The notes: a model not told the origin generated them from the letters alone. Shown: positions 49,141 to 58,560, numbered from the stretch's first letter. The stretch is 64,000 nt of DNA from an uncultured Gemmatimonadales bacterium (GCA_963708135.1 OY970192.1:896001-960000), one strand, 5' to 3'. Translations and numbers: made by a program.

Positions 49141-51087
49141 ATGACCTCCCCGACGACCCGCCAGGCACTGGCCCGCCTCTACCGTCCGCGCCGCTTCGGC
49201 GAGATGGCCACGCAGGAGCACGTCTCCGAGACCCTCCGCTCGGCCGTCGCACGCGGGCGCGTGGCCCACGCCTACCTCTTCACCGGACCCCGCGGGGTCG
49301 GCAAGACCACCGCCGCCCGCGTCCTGGCCATGGCGCTGAACTGCCCGAACCGCGGCGAGGACGGCGAGCCGTGCGGCGCCTGCGAGAGCTGCGAGCGCAT
49401 CTGGAGCGGCCGCACGTCGCTCGATGTGGTGGAGATCGATGCCGCCTCCAATCGCGGCGTCGACGACGCGCGCGACCTGCGCGAGCGCGCCATGTACGCG
49501 CCCACCGAGGCGGACCGCTTCAAGGTCTACATCATCGACGAGGCGCACATGCTCACGCGCGAGGCGTGGAACGCGCTCCTCAAGATCCTCGAGGAGCCAC
49601 CGCCGCGCGTCATCTTCGTCTTCGCCACCACCGAGCCGCAGAAGATCCAGCAGGCCGCGCCGCCGATCCTCTCGCGCTGCCAGCGCTTCGACTTCCGCCG
49701 CATCAGCGTCGAGGGCATCGTCGCGCGGCTGCGCGACGTGCTCGCCGCCGAGGGCATCCAGGCCGGCGACGATGCCCTCGTCCCGCTCGCCCGGCGCGCC
49801 GATGGCGGCCTCCGCGACGCCCTCTCACTCCTCGACCAGGTGCTCTCCTTCGCCGAGGGCGAGCTGCGAGCGGACGACGTCCGCCGCATCCTCGGCCTCA
49901 TGGACGAGGAGATCTACCTCGAGCTCTTCGACGTGATCGCCGATCACCGCCACGCGGATGTCTTCCGCTTCGTGCAGCGGCTCCTCGACGAGGGCTACGA
50001 TCTGGCCGAGTTCTACAAGGGCCTGGCCGACGCCCTGCGCGCCCTCCTCATCGCCCGCCTCGAGGGCGCCGGGGCCGCCGATGTCCGGGAGGACCTGCGG
50101 CCCGCGTTCGCCAGGATGGCCGGCCGCTTCTCCGCCGGCGACATCCTCCGCATGCTCGCCCAGGTGGCCGAGCTCGACACCGAGGGCCGATTCCGCAAGT
50201 CCGCCAACGTCCGCCTCGTCCTCGAGGCGCTGCTCCTCCGCTTCGCCCACCTCGACCGCACCATCGAGCTCGAGGCCCTGGTCCGCGCCGCCGGCGGCGC
50301 CCCGCTCCCGGCCGAAGACGACGCCGGCGCCCCCCCCGCCGCCGGTGCCCCGCCGACTCCCGCCGGCGCCCCCCGCGAGGCCCGTGGGCCTGGCGCCCGC
50401 GGCGCCTCAGCGCGCGCGCGGGATCTCCTGCGCGAGGCCATCGGCGCCGCTCCTGCCTCGGCCACGGCCGCTACCCGCCCCGCTGCGGCCGCGCCGGCCC
50501 CCACGGAGGCGCCGCCGGCCGCGCAGGCCGCGACGGCGCGCGCGGAGTCATCCGCGGACGGCCCACCGGCCGCCGAATGGGGCGACATGGACACCGTGGC
50601 GCGGCCTCCGCAGGCACGCACGCGAGGCCCGGAATCGGACGCCGGACCCGCCGCGCGGGGCGGCCTGAGCTCCGGCGATGCGGGGAACGTTCCTGCCGCG
50701 CAGGCCGCGCTCCGGGCCGTGCTCTCGGGTAGGGAGGTCCTTCCGCCCGGCCTGGGCATCTTCCTCAAGGCGGCCACGGTGGCCGGCGCGGACGAAGGCA
50801 CCGTGACCCTCGCCCTCCCACCGGGCCCCGGCCTCGAGCGCCTCACCACCGATCCGGCCTCTCTCCGGGCCGTGCGCGATGCGCTGGCGGCACGCCTGGA
50901 CAGGGAGGTACGCGTGCTCGTGGTCGGCGCCGGGGGCGCGAGAGGCGCGGGGGACTCGCCCGAGGGCGCAGCGCCCGCGCGCCTCACACCCGAGCGCGTC
51001 AAGGCCGAGCGGCTCGCCCGCCTCGCGCAGGCGGAGCCGCTGCTCGGCCAGGCCGTCCAGCTGCTCGACCTGGAGCTACTGGAATAG
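49141..51087 (+). CDS. dnaX: DNA polymerase III subunit gamma/tau
   Basis: ALARLYRP, HAYLFTGPRGVGKTT, CGACESC, EIDAASNRGVD, IIDEAHML, SRCQRF. Confidence 0.96.
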   Translation: MTSPTTRQALARLYRPRRFGEMATQEHVSETLRSAVARGRVAHAYLFTGPRGVGKTTAARVLAMALNCPNRGEDGEPCGACESCERIWSGRTSLDVVEIDAASNRGVDDARDLRERAMYAPTEADRFKVYIIDEAHMLTREAWNALLKILEEPPPRVIFVFATTEPQKIQQAAPPILSRCQRFDFRRISVEGIVARLRDVLAAEGIQAGDDALVPLARRADGGLRDALSLLDQVLSFAEGELRADDVRRILGLMDEEIYLELFDVIADHRHADVFRFVQRLLDEGYDLAEFYKGLADALRALLIARLEGAGAADVREDLRPAFARMAGRFSAGDILRMLAQVAELDTEGRFRKSANVRLVLEALLLRFAHLDRTIELEALVRAAGGAPLPAEDDAGAPPAAGAPPTPAGAPREARGPGARGASARARDLLREAIGAAPASATAATRPAAAAPAPTEAPPAAQAATARAESSADGPPAAEWGDMDTVARPPQARTRGPESDAGPAARGGLSSGDAGNVPAAQAALRAVLSGREVLPPGLGIFLKAATVAGADEGTVTLALPPGPGLERLTTDPASLRAVRDALAARLDREVRVLVVGAGGARGAGDSPEGAAPARLTPERVKAERLARLAQAEPLLGQAVQLLDLELLE

Positions 51088-51279
51088 CCGCGGAGGCCGC
51101 GCGCTCCCGCCCGCGTGCCGGGGCACCTGCGGAAGGATCGTCGGAAACAGCCGCGTGCAGGCCCGGCAGTACCAGAGCCGGAGGCGCGGGAAGAGTGATG
51201 TGAGGAGCGGGATGCGGGATGGCCGGTGGTAGGGGTGGTCCGTATCGCGCGACCTGCAGAACGGGCAGCGAGGCGTCAT
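51076..51279 (-). CDS. Small zinc-ribbon protein (67 aa, CPFC...CRAC)
   Basis: MTPRCPFCRSRD...LWYCRACTRLF; AGGAG SD 6 nt before ATG; promoter-like site upstream. Confidence 0.6.
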   Translation of the reverse strand: MTPRCPFCRSRDTDHPYHRPSRIPLLTSLFPRLRLWYCRACTRLFPTILPQVPRHAGGSARPPRLFQ

Positions 51280-51352
51280 CGTCCGCTCCTGTTCGGGTGA
51301 GCCCGCGCCGGCCTCGGCGCGTGCAGTCACGAGCGCTCGTCCGCTCGCGTAA

Positions 51353-51381
51353 AAGCTACACCCGCCAGCCGGATGCGCCAA
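51353..51381 (-). promoter_or_regulatory. Putative sigma70-type promoter for the zinc-ribbon gene
   Basis: Minus strand TTGGCG-N17-TAGCTT; same -10 hexamer as the ffs promoter. Confidence 0.5.
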
Positions 51382-51484
51382 GACCCGCCTCCACCCACCC
51401 CCGCTCCCCCCAACCCGCACCCCCATCCTGGAGTTGCCCCGGTTTCGTGGACACCTACTCTCTTGGGAGGGAAAGGAGTCCACG

Positions 51485-51793
51485 ATGGGCAAACGACCGT
51501 ACCCGCTGGGGTTCCGGCGGCAGATGGTGGATCTGGTCCGGGCGGGCCGGACGCCGGAGGCGCTGAGCCGGGAGTTCGAGCCCTCGGCGCAGGCGATCCG
51601 CAACTGGGTTCGCCAGGCGGAGCTGAACGAACGCCGGGGCGAGGGCGATTTGAGCGAGGCGGAGCGCAAGGAACTCAAGGATCTGCGCGTAGAGAACGCG
51701 CAACTGCGCGTTGAGCGGGAGATCCTGGCAAAAGCCGCGGCCTGGTTCGCTCGGGAGACCGAAGAGACGTCACGGCGATCTTCGAATTCGTGA
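51485..51793 (+). CDS. IS3-family transposase OrfA (HTH plus leucine zipper)
   Basis: YPLGFRRQMVDLVRAGRT..LSREFEPSAQAIRNWVRQ..ELKDLRVENAQLRVEREILAKAAAWFA. Confidence 0.9.
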   Translation: MGKRPYPLGFRRQMVDLVRAGRTPEALSREFEPSAQAIRNWVRQAELNERRGEGDLSEAERKELKDLRVENAQLRVEREILAKAAAWFARETEETSRRSSNS

Positions 51794-51935
51794 GAGCGCA
51801 CCGGGCCTTCTATCCGATCGCGACGATGTGCCGCGTGCTGGAGGTCTCCACCAGCGGGTACTATGCGTGGCTCAGGCGGCCGATCTCGACGCATGCGCGC
51901 CGGGGTACGCGCGCCGTCAGGCGAAGGTCGCGTGA
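51790..51935 (+). pseudogene. Truncated IS3 OrfB (DDE core deleted)
   Basis: YPIATMCRVLEVSTSGYYAW is an IS3 OrfB N-terminus; similarity stops near 51900, well short of a full transposase. Confidence 0.82.
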
Positions 51936-52101
51936 GCCCGGATCCCGGGCCCCTCCGCGTCGCCTCCGCGCCTGTCGGCGCTCCGGCGTTCGACCACCCC
52001 CGTGGCAGGGGGAGAAACGAAGTCATTCACTCGAAACCCCAAACCTCACCTGTCCACGAAACCGGATTAGGCCCAAACCGCACTCCCCCCACCCCCATCC
52101 T

Positions 52102-52160
<59 letters not shown>

Positions 52161-52328
52161 AGAGCGGAGGAACACCCCCTCTCCCCTCCGGTACTAACCG
52201 GGGAACGATCTGGGCTCTTCGGCGCGCCGTTTCGCGCCTGACCGGGGCGTCGGCGGTGTTCTTGCGGAACCGTTGCCGCCACGTCTATTTTCGACACTCT
52301 CGGGAGGCATCGGGGAGGGCTTCGCCAG

Positions 52329-52652
52329 ATGACGAATTTCCAGCAGATCCTGCAGATGGGCCAGCAGGTGCAGGCCCGGATGACGGAGCTCCAGGCGGAG
52401 CTCGACAACCGGACGGTCTCGTCGTCGAGCGGCGGCGGGATGGTGAAGGTGACGGCGGACGGAAAGGGCACGATCCGGGAGATCCGGATCGATCCCACGG
52501 TGGTGGATCGGGATGATGTCGAGATGCTCGAGGACCTCGTGCTCGCCGCGGTGTCGGAGGTGCAGCAGCGCGCGCGGCAGATCTACGAGGAGGAGATGAA
52601 GAAGCTGGCTGGCGGCCTGCCGCTGCCGTTCCAGCTGCCGAATCTTCCGTGA
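52329..52652 (+). CDS. ybaB: YbaB/EbfC nucleoid-associated protein
   Basis: SGGGMVKVTADGKG..IRIDP..DVEMLEDLVLAAV; lies between dnaX and recR. Confidence 0.94.
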   Translation: MTNFQQILQMGQQVQARMTELQAELDNRTVSSSSGGGMVKVTADGKGTIREIRIDPTVVDRDDVEMLEDLVLAAVSEVQQRARQIYEEEMKKLAGGLPLPFQLPNLP

Positions 52653-52727
52653 TCCTCCCCGGAGCACGGAGGACGCTTCCACACTTCCGCTCTTCCACGC
52701 AGTGCGTGGCGCGGTGTGGAGCATAGC

Positions 52728-53402
52728 ATGTCGGCCATTGAGGACCTCACCGGAGAGCTTTCCCGCCTCCCCGGCATCGGACGCAAGACGGCGCTGCGGC
52801 TGACCTACCATCTGCTGAAGCGGCCGCCGGAAGAGATCCGGCGGCTTGCCTCGGCGCTGGAAGGGGTGGCCTCGCGCGTGCGCGCCTGCAGCGTCTGCGG
52901 CAACCTGACGGAGGAGGACCCCTGCGCGCTGTGCGCGAGCCCGCGCCGGGACCGGAGCGTGGTGTGCGTCGTGGAGGAGGCCTCCGACATCGGCGCCATC
53001 GAGCGGACCGGGCAGTATCGCGGGCTCTACCACGTGCTGGGCGGGCGCATCTCACCGCTCGAGGGGATCGGCCCGGACGAGTTGAGCATCGCGGGCCTCC
53101 TTGCCCGCGTCCGGGACGGGGAACCGCCGGCGCCCGACGCGCCTTCCACCGCGGGCGAGGTGGGCTCCGTGAACGGCGCGGGCGGCGCGGCGCCGGCCGG
53201 CGGCGGCGGAATCCGCGAGGTGATCGTCGCCACCAACCCCAGCGTGGAGGGGGAGGCGACGGCGCTGTACCTGCAGAAGCTGATCGGCCCCATGGGGGTG
53301 CGCGTTACGCGGCTGGCCCGCGGGCTCCCCGTCGGCGGGGACCTCGAGTACGCGGACGGCGTGACCATCGCCGAGGCGCTGGCGGGCCGGCGCGATCTCT
53401 AG
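52728..53402 (+). CDS. recR: Recombination mediator RecR
   Basis: LPGIGRKTALRL, CSVC..CALC, YHVLGG, ATNPSVEGEATA, GLPVGGDLEYAD. Confidence 0.96.
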   Translation: MSAIEDLTGELSRLPGIGRKTALRLTYHLLKRPPEEIRRLASALEGVASRVRACSVCGNLTEEDPCALCASPRRDRSVVCVVEEASDIGAIERTGQYRGLYHVLGGRISPLEGIGPDELSIAGLLARVRDGEPPAPDAPSTAGEVGSVNGAGGAAPAGGGGIREVIVATNPSVEGEATALYLQKLIGPMGVRVTRLARGLPVGGDLEYADGVTIAEALAGRRDL

Positions 53403-53439
53403 TTGCCAGTGCACACACGGGAGCTCGGGCGGAATCATC

Positions 53440-53760
53440 ATGAACCGCGGGCGGATCCTCAGGACGACAGGGCTGGTGCTGCTCGCCGCGGGCGCGGTGG
53501 CGGCCCTCGGCACGCTCCTCGTGCGCGACCAGATCGCGCGCCACAGGCGTGACCTCTTCAGCTCGCACCCGCTGCGGCGGCTGGCGGCGCTCGGCTACCT
53601 CGGCGGCCGCGAGGCCACCGTGGATACCGTGCGGCTGCTGCGCGACTTCGTCGCCTGGGAGCCGCGTCCGCTGCTGCGCCGCCGCGCCGCGCTGATCCTG
53701 TCCCGGATGGAGGAGGCACTGCTCAAGGCGGCGGTCCAGCCGGGAGAGGTGGCGGGATGA
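53440..53760 (+). CDS. Hypothetical membrane-anchored protein (HEAT-like helical segment)
   Basis: N-terminal hydrophobic helix, [18 protein letters not shown]; overlaps the mglB start. Confidence 0.65.
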   Translation: MNRGRILRTTGLVLLAAGAVAALGTLLVRDQIARHRRDLFSSHPLRRLAALGYLGGREATVDTVRLLRDFVAWEPRPLLRRRAALILSRMEEALLKAAVQPGEVAG

Positions 53761-54251
53761 TGGCGGGCCAGGGGAGCTGGGCCGTCGGTGTCGCCGACCT
53801 CCAGCACCTCGACCGCATGCTCCTGGCGTTCGTGGCCGAGACGCAGGCTTGTTCGGTGCTCCTCATCGACCGGACCGGGCGCTACCTGACCGGCGCGGGC
53901 GACGTGGACGCGCTGGATGCGACGTCGTTCGCCTCCCTCGCGGCGGCGGATTTTGCGGCCAGCGACCAGCTCGCGCGGCTGCTCGGCGAGTCGGAGTTCG
54001 CCGCGCTCTACCATGCGGCGCCCGCACAGTCGATGTACCTCGCCGACATCGATGGCCAGGCCATTCTCGCGGCGCTCTTCGACGCCCGCACGACTCTGGG
54101 GCTGGTCCGCCTGCGCACCCGCACGCTCGTGCCGCGGATCGCCCGGGTGTTCCAGGAGCTGACCACCCGGCCGCCGGCCGCGGATGCCGCCATGGACGAT
54201 GTCTGGCTCGCCTCCGCGACCGACGAGATCGACCGCCTCTTCACGGACTAG
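53757..54251 (+). CDS. mglB: Roadblock/LC7 protein MglB (GAP of MglA)
   Basis: [40 protein letters not shown]; directly upstream of mglA. Confidence 0.88.
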   Translation: MMAGQGSWAVGVADLQHLDRMLLAFVAETQACSVLLIDRTGRYLTGAGDVDALDATSFASLAAADFAASDQLARLLGESEFAALYHAAPAQSMYLADIDGQAILAALFDARTTLGLVRLRTRTLVPRIARVFQELTTRPPAADAAMDDVWLASATDEIDRLFTD

Positions 54252-54262
54252 GAGGACGGCCG

Positions 54263-54841
54263 ATGTCGATGATCAACTACGCCAGCCGCGAGATCAACTG
54301 CAAGCTCGTCTACTACGGCCCCGGGCTCGGCGGCAAGACGACCAACATCGAGTACGTCTACGGCAAGGTCGCGCCGGAGTCGCGCGGCAAGCTGATCTCG
54401 CTCGCTACCGAGCAGGAGCGGACGCTCTTCTTCGATTTCCTGCCCGTGGACCTCGGCTCGATCCGGGGCTTTAAGACGCGGTTCCACCTCTACACCGTGC
54501 CGGGGCAGGTTTACTATAACGCCAGCCGCCGCCTCATCCTGAAGGGTGTCGATGGCGTGGTCTTCGTCGCAGACTCGCAGGCGGAGCGGATCGACGCGAA
54601 CATCGCGTCCATGCAGAACCTCTACGAGAACCTGGCCGAATACGGCTACGATCCGATGACCCTGCCGATCGTCATCCAGTACAACAAGCGCGACGTGAAG
54701 AGCGCCGTCTCCGCGGACGAGCTGCGCGCGCAGCTCAACCCGGACCGGCTCCCCGACTTCGAGGCCGTCGCTGTGGAGGGCAGGGGCGTCTTCGACACCC
54801 TGCGCTCGGTGAGCAAGCTCGTCATCAAGACCCTGAGCTGA
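54263..54841 (+). CDS. mglA: Small Ras-like GTPase MglA
   Basis: [55 protein letters not shown]. Confidence 0.95.
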   Translation: MSMINYASREINCKLVYYGPGLGGKTTNIEYVYGKVAPESRGKLISLATEQERTLFFDFLPVDLGSIRGFKTRFHLYTVPGQVYYNASRRLILKGVDGVVFVADSQAERIDANIASMQNLYENLAEYGYDPMTLPIVIQYNKRDVKSAVSADELRAQLNPDRLPDFEAVAVEGRGVFDTLRSVSKLVIKTLS

Positions 54842-54855
54842 GCAGGATCGCGGCC

Positions 54856-55503
54856 ATGACGGTGCTGCGTCGAAGCACCCTGCCCAATGCGATCACGGTC
54901 GGGCGCATCCTCATGGCACCGGCCGTTTTCTTCCTGCTCTTCGAGCCGGAGTTCACGCCTCGTCTTGTCGCGTGGCTGCTCTTCCTGGTGGCCGCGTTCT
55001 CCGACCTGTGGGATGGCTACCTCGCACGCAAGCATGGCTGGATCAGCAACTTCGGCAAGCTGGTGGACCCGATCGCGGACAAGCTGCTGCTGGTGGCCAC
55101 CTTCCTGCCGTTCTACCTGCTCTCGCACCGCCCGGCCGCCGTACCGCTGCCGCTCTGGCACACGCTCCCGCTCTGGGTCGTCATCGTGGTGTTCGGCCGG
55201 GAGGTCCTGATCACCGCCATCCGCGCCTGGGCCGCCCGCCGGGGCACCGTCATCCCGGCAGGGAAGGCCGGCAAGCAGAAGGCGCTCACGCAGAATATCT
55301 TCATCGGCACCACCATCCTGTGGTACGCGCTGCAGAGCGCGGCGCGCGAGAACGGCTGGCGCGGCCGTCTCTGGGAAGGATGGCAGCTCTTCCACGGCAC
55401 CGTGCTCGCCGTAACGCTCGCTCTGGCCGTGGCGCTCACGCTCTACTCTCTCGGCGTCTACCTGCGGGCCTGGCGCAGCGTGGTCCGGGAAGCCGCCGGA
55501 TGA
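54856..55503 (+). CDS. pgsA: CDP-diacylglycerol--glycerol-3-phosphate 3-phosphatidyltransferase
   Basis: LPNAITVGR, SDLWDGYLAR..FGKLVDPIADKLL. Confidence 0.9.
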   Translation: MTVLRRSTLPNAITVGRILMAPAVFFLLFEPEFTPRLVAWLLFLVAAFSDLWDGYLARKHGWISNFGKLVDPIADKLLLVATFLPFYLLSHRPAAVPLPLWHTLPLWVVIVVFGREVLITAIRAWAARRGTVIPAGKAGKQKALTQNIFIGTTILWYALQSAARENGWRGRLWEGWQLFHGTVLAVTLALAVALTLYSLGVYLRAWRSVVREAAG

Positions 55504-56870
55504 GCCGGCCGCCGCCGCCGGCCGTCGAGATCGTCACGATCGGGGACGAGCTGCTGCTCGGCGACACCCTCGACGGCAACGCCGCCTGGCTCGGGCGCCG
55601 CCTCGCCGCGGCGGGGGTGCGGACCGCGCGCCGCACAACCGTCGGCGATGCGGCCGCGGACATCCACGCGGCGGTGGCGGCCGCCCTCGAGCGCACCGGC
55701 GTCGTGGTCTGCACGGGGGGGCTCGGGCCGACGCCCGACGACCTGACCCGCCCCGTCGTGGCCGACCTGTTCGGGCGTGCCCTCGCGGAGGACGACGCCC
55801 TCCTCGCCGCGCTGCGCGAGCGCTTCGACGCGCGCGGCATCCGCATGGCGGAGAACAACCGCCGGCAGGCGGAGGTGCCCGAGGGGGCGACGGTCTTCCC
55901 GAACCCACGCGGCACCGCGCCGGGCCTCCTCCTGGAGGACGATCGCGGCGTCGTCGTGCTGCTCCCCGGGGTGCCGGCGGAAATGCGCGCGCTGGTGGAC
56001 GCCTACGTGCTGGACGCGCTGCTGGAGCGCTTCGAGGAGCACGGTGCACCGATCCTCTCGCGCCGGCTCCGCACCACCGGCATCGCGGAGTCAAGCCTCG
56101 CCGCGAAGGTCGAGGACGTGCTCCCGGAGCTGGCGCCGCTCGGCGTCGCCTTCCTGCCTTCGCTCGACGGAGTGGACCTCCGCGTGACGAGTTGGGGCAC
56201 GCTGCCGGAGCCCGATGCCACGGCGGCCCTGGACCGGGCGGAGGCGCTCCTCCGCGAGCGCGCCGGCCGCTACGTCTACGCCGTAGGCGACGACTCCCTC
56301 GGCGCGGTCGTCGGGCGCCGCCTCGCCCGCCGCGGCCTCACGCTCGCACTCGCCGAGAGCTGCACGGGCGGCCTCATCGGCGCGCGCCTGACCGACTCGC
56401 CCGGCGCCTCCGACTTCCTGCTCGGCGGCGTCATCTCCTACTCGAACGAGGCCAAGCGGAGTCTGCTGGGCGTGCGCGCCGGGACGCTCGCCGCCCACGG
56501 CGCCGTGAGCGAGGAGGCCGCCCGCGAGATGGTGGCCGGCGTCCGCGAGACCCTCGGCGCCGATGTCGGGCTCGCCGTGACCGGCATCGCCGGCCCGGGC
56601 GGCGGCAGCGAGGCCAAGCCCGTCGGGACGGTCTGGATCGCCGCCGCCCTGCCGGCCGCCCGGGACGACGTCGGAGCGCCGGATGGCGGCCCCGAGCCCG
56701 ACGCCCACGGCTCCGGCCGGCGTTCGCACGACCGGCCGTTCCGCCTCGGGGAGAGCCGCGGCGTGGCGCGCCATCTCCGGCTCCCCGGCGACCGCCTCGA
56801 GGTGCGCGCCCGCGCGGCGCAGGCGGCGCTCGCGCTGCTGCTCGACCTCCTGCGCGAGGAGGCTCCGTGA
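55500..56870 (+). CDS. cinA: Competence/damage-inducible protein CinA (MCF plus PncC domain)
   Basis: IGDELLLG, GGLGPTPDDLT, GTAPG, LPGVP, AESCTGG, GAVSEE, TGIAGPGGG. Confidence 0.93.
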   Translation: MSRPPPPAVEIVTIGDELLLGDTLDGNAAWLGRRLAAAGVRTARRTTVGDAAADIHAAVAAALERTGVVVCTGGLGPTPDDLTRPVVADLFGRALAEDDALLAALRERFDARGIRMAENNRRQAEVPEGATVFPNPRGTAPGLLLEDDRGVVVLLPGVPAEMRALVDAYVLDALLERFEEHGAPILSRRLRTTGIAESSLAAKVEDVLPELAPLGVAFLPSLDGVDLRVTSWGTLPEPDATAALDRAEALLRERAGRYVYAVGDDSLGAVVGRRLARRGLTLALAESCTGGLIGARLTDSPGASDFLLGGVISYSNEAKRSLLGVRAGTLAAHGAVSEEAAREMVAGVRETLGADVGLAVTGIAGPGGGSEAKPVGTVWIAAALPAARDDVGAPDGGPEPDAHGSGRRSHDRPFRLGESRGVARHLRLPGDRLEVRARAAQAALALLLDLLREEAP

Positions 56871-57718
56871 GCGCCACGTCCGCCCAGAGGCACCACGGCT
56901 ACCTCCACGGCGTCGGCGGGCTGAGACTCCACTACCGTAGCTGGGAGGCGGCCGGTACGCCGCGCGCCGCGCTCGTGGTCGTGCACGGCCTCACCGAGCA
57001 CAGCGGCCGCTACGATGAGCTGGGCGAGTCCATGGCGGCGCACGCCATCTCGACCTTCGCGATGGACCTGCGCGGCCACGGCTCCTCCGACGGCCGCCGC
57101 GGCCACGTGCCGCGCTTCGAGGTCTTCCTCCAGGACCTGGACCGCTTCCGCAGGGAGGTGCAGGGACTCGTCGACCCCGCCTGTCCGCTCTTCCTCCTCG
57201 GCCAGTCGCTCGGCGGGCTGATCGTGCTGCGTTACCTCGAGGAGTACGATGCCCCGTTCCGCGGCGGCATCATCGTCTCGCCATGGCTCGCCACCGCCGT
57301 GGAGGTGCCACGCTGGAAGGCCACCGCGGCGCGGCTCCTCGAGCGCGTGCTTCCGGCGTTCCCCTTCAGCATCGGGATTCGCGGCGAGCAGCTCAGCCAC
57401 GACGCCGCCGTCGTGGCCGCCTACCGCGACGACCCGCTCGTCCACGGCAGGATCACCCCACGCCTCTTCGCCGAGACCTCGATCGCCATGGGGCAGGCGC
57501 TACAGCGGCGCGAACGCATCGCCGTCCCGATTCTCTTCCTTCTCGGCGGCGAGGACCACCTCGTCGACATCCAGCGCGCCCTCGCCTTCGCCCGCTCCCT
57601 CAGCCGCCCCGACATCACCCTCGACGTCTTCCCCGGCATGCTCCACGAGCCGCTCAACGAGGTCGGCCGCCGGGAGGTCCGGCTCGAGATCCGCGACTGG
57701 CTCGTCTCCCACCTCTGA
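56867..57718 (+). CDS. Alpha/beta hydrolase (lysophospholipase/monoglyceride lipase-like)
   Basis: VHGLTEHSGRY, DLRGHG, GQSLGG nucleophile elbow, GMLHE. Confidence 0.9.
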   Translation: MSATSAQRHHGYLHGVGGLRLHYRSWEAAGTPRAALVVVHGLTEHSGRYDELGESMAAHAISTFAMDLRGHGSSDGRRGHVPRFEVFLQDLDRFRREVQGLVDPACPLFLLGQSLGGLIVLRYLEEYDAPFRGGIIVSPWLATAVEVPRWKATAARLLERVLPAFPFSIGIRGEQLSHDAAVVAAYRDDPLVHGRITPRLFAETSIAMGQALQRRERIAVPILFLLGGEDHLVDIQRALAFARSLSRPDITLDVFPGMLHEPLNEVGRREVRLEIRDWLVSHL

Positions 57719-57837
57719 GTCCCGCCCACTGCCGCGCAGGGCGAGACGGCGCCCTGGTCGTCCCCGCCCCGACCACGCTCCCCGGCGACCGCGCCGGCCG
57801 GCGCTTGCGATCCGCTATCTTTTTCCGCCGTCGCCGG

Positions 57838-57866
57838 TTGACCGCGTCCGGCGCTCCCGTTAGCTT
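57838..57866 (+). promoter_or_regulatory. sigma70-type promoter of ffs
   Basis: TTGACC-N17-TAGCTT ending 6 nt before the RNA stem. Confidence 0.75.
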
Positions 57867-57872
57867 CAAGGC

Positions 57873-57974
57873 AGTGCCCCAGGACCGTAGGACGCGAGCC
57901 CGCGAATCGCGTCAGGACCCCGCAGGTAGCAGCGCTAAGTGCGGCGGACGTCGCTACGTCAATCCTGGGGCACT
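57873..57974 (+). ncRNA. ffs: Signal recognition particle RNA (small bacterial SRP, 4.5S)
   Basis: 12-bp terminal stem AGTGCCCCAGGA/TCCTGGGGCACT enclosing GAATCGCGTCAGGACC-CCGCA-GGTAGCAGCGCTAAG (domain IV CAGG/AGCA internal loop). Confidence 0.88.
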
Positions 57975-58060
57975 TCTGCATCCTCTCGCTCCCACCCCGC
58001 CGCTCTCCTCCGACCGCTCCTGCCATTCCCTCGCCCCGGCTTCCGCCCCATTCCTGCGTC

Positions 58061-58429
58061 ATGGCCGCACCCCAGGACTTCGGCCGGGCCGGCGAGGCGA
58101 TGGCCGCGGCGGCGCTCGAGGCCGCCGGATGGCGCATCCTCGACCGTAATTTCCGCTTCGGTCACCGCGAGATCGATCTCGTCGCCCGGAAGGGACGCAC
58201 CGTCGCCTTCGTCGAGGTGAAGAGCCGCGCCGCGGGCTCCAGGGGCCATCCGCTCGAGGCGATCACCGCGGCCAAGCGCCGCGAGATCGAGCGCGTCGCC
58301 CGCTTCTGGATCGCTCGCCACGGCCGCCGCTGGCACCACTACCGCTTCGATGCCGTCGCGGTGATCCGCCCCGCCCGCGGCCCCGCACGCATCGAGCACC
58401 TCGCGGACGCCTGGCGCATCGATGGGTGA
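58061..58429 (+). CDS. YraN family endonuclease-like protein (UPF0102)
   Basis: GRAGE, ILDRNFR, EIDLVA, FVEVKSR, RFDAVAV. Confidence 0.92.
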   Translation: MAAPQDFGRAGEAMAAAALEAAGWRILDRNFRFGHREIDLVARKGRTVAFVEVKSRAAGSRGHPLEAITAAKRREIERVARFWIARHGRRWHHYRFDAVAVIRPARGPARIEHLADAWRIDG

Positions 58430-58478
58430 CGCCGTGGCCGACTCCGGGCCCTGCCCCTGCCGAATCGGCACCCCCCCC

Positions 58479-58494
58479 TGGCACCGCCCTTGCA
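58479..58494 (+). promoter_or_regulatory. sigma54 (-24/-12) promoter upstream of grpE-dnaJ
   Basis: TGGCAC-CGCCC-TTGCA, a full match to TGGCAC-N5-TTGCW. Confidence 0.75.
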
Positions 58495-58560
58495 CCCCGC
58501 GGCGGCGCGGGATAGGCTTTGTTGCTCCGCGAGGCGGGCCCCGCTTCGCGCTCACCCGAG

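Larger units (their letters stand above)
51429..52075 (+). mobile_element. IS3-family element, internally deleted (647 bp), non-autonomous
   Basis: IRL TGGAGTTGCCCCGGTTTCGTGGACA (51429-51453); IRR reverse complement TGGGCCTAATCCGGTTTCGTGGACA (52051-52075); TG..CA ends; orfA plus start of orfB; AAAAG at 51730-51734. Confidence 0.9.

Noticed and set aside
52674..52698. Three 8-bp CTTCC-containing repeats between ybaB and recR
   Set aside because: Too short and degenerate to support a function
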